A stretch of DNA of 35,199 bases, taken from positions 1 through 35,199 of the forward strand of contig DCVU01000114.1 in NCBI GenBank assembly GCA_002327415.1, read 5' to 3'. This document shows positions 28,668 to 35,199 of the stretch, in pieces (position 1 is the stretch's first letter; the number at the start of each line of letters is the position of its first letter). Made by a program: the position numbers and the translations under genes. The notes below the pieces were generated by a model. The model saw only the letters and a list, made by a program, of their open reading frames with translations, did no database searches and was not told where the DNA came from. This DNA is from Smithella sp. UBA2180. GTDB lineage: Bacteria > Desulfobacterota > Syntrophia > Syntrophales > Smithellaceae.

Positions 28668-29468
28668 ATGACGTATAAATATATTGAACTGGAGATTAAG
28701 GATTTTATCGCGACAGTAACTTTAGCCAGAGAGAAAAGCCTGAACGCTTTGAGTCTGGATTTTGCCGCGGAGATTGCCGGCGTTTTCAAAACGCTGGGTT
28801 CTATGGATGAGGTAAGGGCAATTATTCTGCAAAGCAAGGCCAGAATTTTTTGCGCCGGTCTCGATTTGAAAGATGCTGTTTCAGGCTTCAATGATTCGGC
28901 CAAAGGTGTTTTTAATGCCATAAAGAAAATCCAGCCATTGTTTGATTGTTGCAATGCCATTGAAGAATGTCCCAAACCGGTCATTGCCGCCATCCATGGC
29001 AAGTGTATCGGCGGTGGACTTGATCTAATTTCTGCCTGCGATATCCGTATCTGCAGCGAAGACGCAATTTTCTGTCTTAAAGAAGCAAACATTGGATTGG
29101 TTGCCGATATGGGTGCACTGCAACGGCTTCCGTTGATAATCGGCCAGGGATTTGCCAGAGAGATGGCCTATACAGCAGGAAACTATACCGCGCTTAAAGC
29201 CGAAAAGATGGGTCTTGTCGCTGAAGTTTACGCGGATAAAGACGCCCTCATGAAAGCCGCTCAACAATTGGCAAGACAAATAGCCACGAATGCTCCCCTT
29301 GCCATTCAGTGCACAAAAGAGGTTCTAAACTTCAGCCGCTATACAAGCGTCACTGAAGGTATGGTTTTGGCGATACAAAAGAACATGTTTTTAATGACAT
29401 CGGTAGATTTGAAAGAAGCCTTCATCTCTTTTATGGAAAAGAGAGCCCCGAATTTTAAGGGAGAATAA
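28668..29468 (+). CDS. Enoyl-CoA hydratase/isomerase (crotonase) family protein
   Basis: The 266 aa protein has NALS....E, FCAGLDLKD and PVIAAIHGKCIGGGLDLISACDIRI (the oxyanion-hole motifs). It resembles dienoyl-CoA isomerase-type members. Confidence 0.88.
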   Translation: MTYKYIELEIKDFIATVTLAREKSLNALSLDFAAEIAGVFKTLGSMDEVRAIILQSKARIFCAGLDLKDAVSGFNDSAKGVFNAIKKIQPLFDCCNAIEECPKPVIAAIHGKCIGGGLDLISACDIRICSEDAIFCLKEANIGLVADMGALQRLPLIIGQGFAREMAYTAGNYTALKAEKMGLVAEVYADKDALMKAAQQLARQIATNAPLAIQCTKEVLNFSRYTSVTEGMVLAIQKNMFLMTSVDLKEAFISFMEKRAPNFKGE

Positions 29469-29559
29469 TGTCAATCCGCCTTCATTCGGCTACCTTTGGA
29501 TGTTTTATCTGCCCGGTGTCTAAGACTGTGTTGCAATAGCAAAGAATGTTATTCCTTGT

Positions 29560-29653
29560 CCTCCGCTGGCGGAGGTGTCACGTAGTGACGAAGGTGGATA
29601 CTGTAGTAACTGCTCCCCGAGCAGTACGAATCGGCGCGTTTAGGAAACGCGCC
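29560..29653. repeat. Array of four short perfect hairpins
   Basis: The four hairpins are CCTCCGC-tg-GCGGAGG (29560-29575), GTCAC-gta-GTGAC (29577-29589), ACTGCTC-ccc-GAGCAGT (29609-29625) and GGCGCGTTT-agg-AAACGCGCC (29633-29653). Confidence 0.6.
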
Positions 29654-29730
29654 CTACCTCGCTTAAGTTTCAAAGTCGGTGTCAATTCGCGTGACTCAAC
29701 GCATATGATATCTTGCCGCTTGCTCGGAAT

Positions 29731-30693
29731 TCATACCCGTGGTTTCCCTTTATAAATAAAACGTTCCAAAAGGCGGTTATAGTTTGTCCAGTCGGAATCG
29801 GTATTGGTAGAATCAGTGATTAATATTTGAAATGCGTTAAACTTGGCGTCCAGATCATCAATGTAATGGACGACCAAAGCTTCCAGAGTTTTCGGGCGCT
29901 TAGGAGAACCGAATTCAAATTCTCCGTGATGACTTAAAATAATATGGCGTAATTCCAGCGCTAATTGCGGAGGGAAATCGGGGATGTTGTCTATTTTTTT
30001 ATCGATCATTTCCACGCCCATCACTATATGGCCGATTAATCTTCCTTCATCGCTGTAATCAATTATGTGGTCATAAGAAAATTCATATATTTTTCCGATA
30101 TCATGAAGAATACCCCCGGTAATAAGCATGTCCTTGTTGAGAGTTGGGTAATGTTCGGATACTTTTTCCAGTAAGCGCACGACAGAAAGCGTGTGCTCCA
30201 GAAGTCCGCCTAAATAAATGTGATGAAAACCTTTTGCCGCGGGCGCTCTCTGAAAAAGCTCCACGGTTTTTTGATCACGAAAGAAAGCTTGCAGTAAATC
30301 TTGCAGCGGCTTGGTCTGAATTTTTTCAACATAGGCGAGCATTTCATCAAACATGGCCACAACTTCGCCTTTTGCCGCGGGTAAATAGTCGGCAGGTTCG
30401 ACATCTTCCCACGCATTCTTTACAATTTTGACGATCGATATTTGAATTGAATTTTTATAATTAGCGGCTTTTCCTTCAATATAAATTATATCGCCTTTCT
30501 TAAACTGTTGATCTAATTCCATCGCGTTGTCCCAGACCTTACCATCGAGCTCGCCGGTTTTATCCTTCAGGCGAACGTTCAGATAAGGAGAGCCTTTCAG
30601 AGAAAAGGCCATGTTCTTTTCGGCAACCAAAAATGTGGATGCTACCTTTTCCCCCTGCTTGATGTCTTTAAGATAAATTTCTTTATTCTTCAA
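29731..30693 (-). CDS. OB-fold plus HD-domain phosphohydrolase, YhaM-like 3'-5' exoribonuclease family
   Basis: The N-terminal OB fold (LVAEK......GSPYLNVRLKDKTGELDGKVWDN) is followed by the HD domain (GGLLEHTLSV...LHDIGK...SHHG). Confidence 0.8.
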   Translation of the reverse strand: MKNKEIYLKDIKQGEKVASTFLVAEKNMAFSLKGSPYLNVRLKDKTGELDGKVWDNAMELDQQFKKGDIIYIEGKAANYKNSIQISIVKIVKNAWEDVEPADYLPAAKGEVVAMFDEMLAYVEKIQTKPLQDLLQAFFRDQKTVELFQRAPAAKGFHHIYLGGLLEHTLSVVRLLEKVSEHYPTLNKDMLITGGILHDIGKIYEFSYDHIIDYSDEGRLIGHIVMGVEMIDKKIDNIPDFPPQLALELRHIILSHHGEFEFGSPKRPKTLEALVVHYIDDLDAKFNAFQILITDSTNTDSDWTNYNRLLERFIYKGKPRV

Positions 30694-30731
30694 ATTTTTA
30701 CCCGCCTTTTCTTAAGAATTTATTGTATTAC

Positions 30732-32645
30732 TCACGTTTGTTCCCGTAAAATGCGGTGATCGTCTACTCTTACGGTTAATTTATTTACATCGAAATATTC
30801 CATCAGTGGGATAATGTATTTGCGCGAAAGTCCGGTTAAATCTTTGAATGTCGCCGGTGTCGCCTTGCCGTCTTTTACCAGCATTGCTTTATAATCATCT
30901 CGCAATTTGCTCAAAGCACCACTCGAAAAGCACATTTCTTCATTAATCTTAATTAAATCTCCGTCCTTGAGCATCAGTTTTATAATGCTTTGTGCTTTGG
31001 TTTTTTGATCCTTGAAGCCGTTTATAACATCGGTAAGAGAAGGCGGCGTAAGTCCGGCCTCACTGTAAATCATGGCAATTTTATGACGCAGAAAATCGAG
31101 ATCACCGGCCAGTTCCACATGGTACCCTGCCATTCGGACATTGTCTTTGTCGCTGACAATAATTTCTTTTTTACCAAGGTTCTTCAACGCCAGATTGAAT
31201 AATTTTACCGATATGGCGCGGCCGAGAGTTTCTTTGAGCTGTTCTTTGGAAATGCCCACCTGCAAAGGGTTTTTCTGATGATAGGTGGCAAGATTTTTAC
31301 CAATGAGTTCTTCCAACTGATTGTAAAAATAAGCGGAGATGACAGTTGTATCTTCACTATCCAGAAGGATCGCTTTTTTAGCGGAAAGCAGACCCTCCAG
31401 AGCTTCCCGGATTTTCTTTATGTTTATACCAAGACGAAAGTTAAGTCCGTGCAAATTGATACCGGAAAATACTGTTCTCTCCATGATTACGGAAATTTTC
31501 TCCGCCAGCGATCCGCTTTGCAATATGTTCAGATCGGCAATAACTTTCTCGTTTTGCCTTTTATGCTTTGTGGGCAGGGGATCAATAATCTGACCGCCGC
31601 CAATTGTTGTTACCGGCGAGTAGCTGCGCAGAACAAAACGATCACCGGCGACAATCACATCTTTATTGGCCAGAACCAATTGAGCAAAGGCTTTTTGTCC
31701 CGGCGCAAGTTCATCTTTATCCAGTAATGTTATGCGGGTGATGATTTCGCTTGTGCCCGTGTGCAGACGAACGAGTGCCCGGTTCTTCAGATTTTTAGAA
31801 TTAGAGGAGAGAAATTCGACAAAAATATCTAATCTTTGAGATGGCCGGATGGTTTTAGGGCGCACAAGGACGTTGCCGCGTTCAATGGTCGATTTTTCAA
31901 CACCTTGAAGATTAATAGCCGTGCGTTGACCAGCCCAGGCTTCCTCCACCGGCTGATTATGAACCTGAATGCCTCTGATGCGGGCATTAATATTTTCGGG
32001 AAGTATTTCAATTTCTTCGCTGGTTTTGATATGGTCGGAAACCAGTGTGCCGGTAACGACGGTGCCGAAGCCTTTCATCGTAAATACGCGATCCACAGGC
32101 AGACGAAAAATTCCATCATCCGCTTTTTCATTAATTTTACTTACAGTCGCATCGATTGCCGCTATCAGATCAGTAAGCCCTTCTTGTTTAATGGCGGATA
32201 CAGGCACAATGGGTGTGCCTTCCAAAAAAGAGCCTTGAAAGAATTCGGTGATCTCCGATTTTACAAGGTCCAGCCAGTCTTTTTCTACAAGATCAATTTT
32301 TGTCAGGGCGACGATGCCTTGGGAAATTCCCAAAAGAGAACAAATACTTAAATGTTCTTTGGTTTGCGGCATGATACCCTCGTCTGCGGCAATAACCATC
32401 ATAACCAGATCAATACCCGCAGCGCCGGAAACCATGTTTTTGATGAATTTTTCATGGCCGGGAACATCCACAATTCCGAGTGTCTGGCCGGAAGGAAGGG
32501 CAAGTGAAGCAAAGCCCAGCTCAATGGTAATGCCCCTTTTTTTTTCCTCTTTCAGACGATCGGTGTCTACTCCGGTAAGCGCTTTAATTAATGCTGTTTT
32601 CCCGTGATCGACATGACCGGCTGTACCAAGAACAAAATGTTTCAT
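30732..32645 (-). CDS. selB: Selenocysteine-specific translation elongation factor
   Basis: The 637 aa protein has the G domain GTAGHVDHGKT...DTDRLKEEKKRGITIELGFA...DVPGHEKF...TKID. A long C-terminal winged-helix extension is typical of SelB. Confidence 0.93.
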   Translation of the reverse strand: MKHFVLGTAGHVDHGKTALIKALTGVDTDRLKEEKKRGITIELGFASLALPSGQTLGIVDVPGHEKFIKNMVSGAAGIDLVMMVIAADEGIMPQTKEHLSICSLLGISQGIVALTKIDLVEKDWLDLVKSEITEFFQGSFLEGTPIVPVSAIKQEGLTDLIAAIDATVSKINEKADDGIFRLPVDRVFTMKGFGTVVTGTLVSDHIKTSEEIEILPENINARIRGIQVHNQPVEEAWAGQRTAINLQGVEKSTIERGNVLVRPKTIRPSQRLDIFVEFLSSNSKNLKNRALVRLHTGTSEIITRITLLDKDELAPGQKAFAQLVLANKDVIVAGDRFVLRSYSPVTTIGGGQIIDPLPTKHKRQNEKVIADLNILQSGSLAEKISVIMERTVFSGINLHGLNFRLGINIKKIREALEGLLSAKKAILLDSEDTTVISAYFYNQLEELIGKNLATYHQKNPLQVGISKEQLKETLGRAISVKLFNLALKNLGKKEIIVSDKDNVRMAGYHVELAGDLDFLRHKIAMIYSEAGLTPPSLTDVINGFKDQKTKAQSIIKLMLKDGDLIKINEEMCFSSGALSKLRDDYKAMLVKDGKATPATFKDLTGLSRKYIIPLMEYFDVNKLTVRVDDHRILREQT

Positions 32646-32832
32646 GTTATTTGCCTGTTTGATTTGATCAATATTTTGTGGAAAATAACAAACTCCTCAC
32701 TTTTTCACAACATTATAATTTATTATATAGCTTGCATGGACAAAAACCTGTATTAACCCGCGCAAAACAGCCGATGATTTAATGATTGAAAATATTGGTG
32801 AAAATTGTTAGAAATGCGTCAAGAGGTTATGT

Positions 32833-33246
32833 TTGCGTATACTTTGTCTGGATTACGGTGAAAAAAGAATTGGGGCTGCCATCTGCGATGAACTGGGAAT
32901 AACTGCGCAGGGTTTGCCTACTATCATCAGAAAAAGCAAGAGACATGACGGGGATATCCTGGGTAATCTGATCAAAAGCTACAATGTGGAAAAAATTGTA
33001 ATAGGTTATCCTGTTCGGCTTGATGGTTCAGAGGGCATACAATGTGAAAAAGTGAATCGTTTCTCAACTCTGCTTATTAAGACTTTCTCTCTGCCTGTTA
33101 TTAAGTGGCCGGAAACACTCTCTACCAAAGAAGCTGAAGAAATACTGATCAATTCCGGCGTCCATTGGAAAAAAAGAAAAAAAATGGTGGATAAAATGGC
33201 CGCCTGCCTGATTCTTCAAGGTTATCTGGATTCTATCACTAAATAA
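32833..33246 (+). CDS. ruvX: Putative pre-16S rRNA nuclease / Holliday junction resolvase-like YqgF
   Basis: (M)RILCLDYGEKRIGAAICDELG and DERLSTKEA-like (ETLSTKEAEE) motifs are present. The start is TTG, with AGAGG 6 nt upstream. Confidence 0.88.
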   Translation: MRILCLDYGEKRIGAAICDELGITAQGLPTIIRKSKRHDGDILGNLIKSYNVEKIVIGYPVRLDGSEGIQCEKVNRFSTLLIKTFSLPVIKWPETLSTKEAEEILINSGVHWKKRKKMVDKMAACLILQGYLDSITK

Positions 33247-33270
33247 TTTCAAATTAATTCCGCAAAAAAT

Positions 33271-34395
33271 ATGAATAAATCTGATAAAAAAAATAGAATA
33301 GAGAAAAATTCATGGATAAGGCGGATTCTCTTGTTCAGGTTTTTTAAGAAGTCCTCTTTTACGGGCAGAACAGTTCGCCGCGTTATTTTATATTTTATTG
33401 CTGTTATTTTTGTCTTTTGTGTTTTGCTATTAAATTATTCAATTAGTTCCATTGATAAAAAAAATGTAAATGTGCTGGTAGATATACCAACAGGTTCCAG
33501 TTTTTTAAAAGTTACGGAAATACTCAATCAGTCAGGACTGATCAAAAACCGTGTTTTCTTTTATAGTTTGGCCATAGGGAAAAGAGCCGTACGTTCCATT
33601 CGCGCTGGTGAATATGAATTTAATACATCCCTGTCTCCCGCAGCTATGATTGATAAATTATTGTGCGGTGAAATAAAAATTCATAAGGTTGTTATCTGCG
33701 AGGATCTATCTATGCGGGAAATTGCCGCGCTTTTGGACAAAGAAAAATTGATTAATAAAGAGAATTTTTTTGAATTGGCCGGCGATGAGGAATTTCTGGA
33801 ATCTTTGGGGATTGAAGCTGACTCCATAGAAGGTTATCTTTTTCCAGACACTCATTTTTTAGATCGTTCGATGAGTACTCGCCAGATTATGAAAATTATG
33901 GTTAATCAGTTTTGGAAAAAAGTAACACCGGAAATGATTAAAAGAGCCAGGGAGATGAAACTAGACATTCATAAGCTTGTTACGTTTGCCTCTATTATTG
34001 GCAAAGAATCAGGTGATGATGCGGAAAAACCCATGATTTCAGCTGTATTTCACAACAGGCTCAAGAAGAAAATGCGTTTGCAAAGCGATCCCACGGCCAT
34101 TTATGATTTGGATAATTTTGAAGGTAAAATTTTACGTAGTCACTTGAAAAGAAAATCTCCTTACAACACTTATGTAATAAGAGGTCTGCCGCCAGGACCA
34201 ATTGCCAATCCCGGGTTGGCCTCCTTGAAAGCTGCATTGTATCCGGCTCCCGTTAAATACCTTTACTTTGTTTCTAAAAAAGACGGTTCACACTTTTTTT
34301 CAGCTTCACTAATTGAGCACAATCAGGCTATAAATCGCTATCGATATATTAATAGTGAATCAATACAGCAACTTGCAGTGCCAGAACATAAATAA
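33271..34395 (+). CDS. mltG: Endolytic murein transglycosylase MltG (YceG-like)
   Basis: The protein has an N-terminal TM anchor, then EGYLFPDTH, ASIIGKES, ISAVFHNRLKKKMRLQSDPT, SPYNTY and GLPPGPIANPG. This is the conserved ruvX-mltG synteny. Confidence 0.9.
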   Translation: MNKSDKKNRIEKNSWIRRILLFRFFKKSSFTGRTVRRVILYFIAVIFVFCVLLLNYSISSIDKKNVNVLVDIPTGSSFLKVTEILNQSGLIKNRVFFYSLAIGKRAVRSIRAGEYEFNTSLSPAAMIDKLLCGEIKIHKVVICEDLSMREIAALLDKEKLINKENFFELAGDEEFLESLGIEADSIEGYLFPDTHFLDRSMSTRQIMKIMVNQFWKKVTPEMIKRAREMKLDIHKLVTFASIIGKESGDDAEKPMISAVFHNRLKKKMRLQSDPTAIYDLDNFEGKILRSHLKRKSPYNTYVIRGLPPGPIANPGLASLKAALYPAPVKYLYFVSKKDGSHFFSASLIEHNQAINRYRYINSESIQQLAVPEHK

Positions 34396-34537
34396 AAAAG
34401 AATAAAAAAAGCCTTTAATTTTTAAATAAATTTTTTTAATTCCACTATTTTTTTCAATTCAAAAAAAATTCCCGTTATTTCAGTATTTCCCCAGTGATTT
34501 TAAGTTACTTAACCCTGAAAAAAGTTAAATTTTTTGC

Positions 34538-34566
34538 TTGACAAAGGTAATTGTCGTCTTTATAGT
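34538..34566 (+). promoter_or_regulatory. Pmra-like sigma70 promoter (TTGACA-N17-TATAGT)
   Basis: TTGACA lies at 34538-34543, followed by an exact 17-nt spacer and TATAGT at 34561-34566, 41 nt upstream of the mraZ ATG. Confidence 0.6.
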
Positions 34567-34573
34567 TGGCTCG

Positions 34574-34599
34574 GTGGAGTAAAGTGGCTTATCGTGGAG
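34574..34599 (+). promoter_or_regulatory. Three phased direct repeats (GTGGAG / GTGGCT / GTGGAG), a putative MraZ operator
   Basis: Hexamers at 34574-34579, 34584-34589 and 34594-34599 are spaced exactly 10 bp start to start, between the -10 box and the mraZ start. The third overlaps the RBS GGAGGG. Confidence 0.5.
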
Positions 34600-34606
34600 G
34601 GAAGTG

Positions 34607-35053
34607 ATGTCGGTTTTTAGAGGACAATATCATCATACTATCGATGAAAAGGGGAGAATAATCTTTCCGTCCAAGTTCCGTGAAATTTTTGCGGATGAGT
34701 ACGACAACCGGATTGTGATTACCAACTGGGACCAGTACTTGATGGTTTTTCCTTACGATGAGTGGTTGATAATTGAAGAAAAAGTAGCCCATCAATCCAA
34801 GTTGCGCAAAGAGGTGCGTTCATTTCAGCGCTTCTTTATGTCCGGAGCGGTTGATTGCAGTATTGACGGACAAGGGCGTGTGCTTATCCCGCCGACTTTA
34901 CGCGAATATGCCCAATTGGAAAAAGATATTGTTCTGGCCGGCATGCTGAAGAATATCGAAATCTGGTCGAAAGATCGTTTCGAAGAAAGAATGAAACAGG
35001 CCGCCGGTGAAATTGACAAATGCGCCGACTTCATAGCTGATCTGGGAATTTAA
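34607..35053 (+). CDS. mraZ: Transcriptional regulator MraZ
   Basis: [26 protein letters not shown]... and a second ...[14 protein letters not shown]... form the duplicated SpoVT-AbrB/MraZ motif. The ATG at 34607 is preferred over GTG 34604. Confidence 0.95.
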   Translation: MSVFRGQYHHTIDEKGRIIFPSKFREIFADEYDNRIVITNWDQYLMVFPYDEWLIIEEKVAHQSKLRKEVRSFQRFFMSGAVDCSIDGQGRVLIPPTLREYAQLEKDIVLAGMLKNIEIWSKDRFEERMKQAAGEIDKCADFIADLGI

Positions 35054-35056
35054 ACC

Positions 35057-35199
35057 ATGATTACCGACTTCTATCACGAGCCGGTAATGGTTAAAGAAGT
35101 TATTGAATCGCTTTTAGTCAGTAGAACGGGAGTTTACGTGGATTGCACTGTGGGGGGTGCAGGTCACGCTTACGCGATACTTAAAGAAACTGACGCGCT
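35057..35199 (+). CDS. rsmH: 16S rRNA (cytosine1402-N4)-methyltransferase RsmH, 5' part (runs off the right edge)
   Basis: [19 protein letters not shown]......[13 protein letters not shown] is the canonical RsmH N-terminus. It lies directly after mraZ. Confidence 0.9.
   Translation, partial: MITDFYHEPVMVKEVIESLLVSRTGVYVDCTVGGAGHAYAILKETDA

Noticed and set aside
22736-29700. CRISPR array among the repeated hairpins
   Set aside because: The repeats are not identical units at regular spacing with unique spacers. They are heterogeneous palindromic units, and no cas genes are present.
29546-29755. 69 aa plus-strand ORF after the crotonase gene
   Set aside because: It runs through the four-hairpin array and into the convergent yhaM-like gene. 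It is Arg-rich repeat translation with no RBS.

Overview
This is 35.2 kb of chromosomal DNA from a diderm bacterium, shown by LptE, LolA, MltG and the start of the dcw cluster. It is probably an anaerobe that uses selenocysteine (selB, radical-SAM, moaC). The taxon cannot be fixed from this window. The hairpin-rich intergenic style is reminiscent of Desulfobacterota-like genomes, but that is inference only. I count about 30 credible CDSs and found no rRNA, tRNA or CRISPR array. The housekeeping backbone is leuS-lptE, rpsT, pyrG, moaC, comM/yifB, ilvE, lolA, proA-nadD, a crotonase, a yhaM-like HD protein, selB, ruvX-mltG and mraZ-rsmH. Six things stand out. (1) An AT-rich two-gene islet at 23.0-24.4 kb encodes a coiled-coil HNH nuclease plus an AbiU2-like HEPN protein, preceded by MITE/hairpin repeats. 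This is my best candidate for an undescribed defence pair. (2) A minus-strand module at 12.1-17.7 kb encodes a Fis-type HTH protein, a GlmU-acetyltransferase-like beta-helix protein and a roughly 1250-1310 aa GlmS-like amidotransferase. The amidotransferase has a large insert in its glutaminase domain and a roughly 310 aa unknown C-terminal extension. (3) A fused GT2 plus HIT/GalT-like (DUF4922-like) gene is followed by an M15 peptidase and faces a DUF1460 amidase-like gene, at the position where holA usually follows leuS-lptE. (4) A Phd/ParE toxin-antitoxin cassette has displaced and duplicated the 3' end of its neighbour gene. (5) A dispersed family of intergenic hairpins carries GCGAAGCGC at the apex, and this core contains the hyperstable d(GCGAAGC) mini-hairpin sequence. 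(6) There are several decayed genes (a GGDEF remnant, a start-less metallophosphoesterase) and a clean Pmra promoter with three phased putative MraZ boxes. All family calls come from reading motifs by eye. No database search was run.
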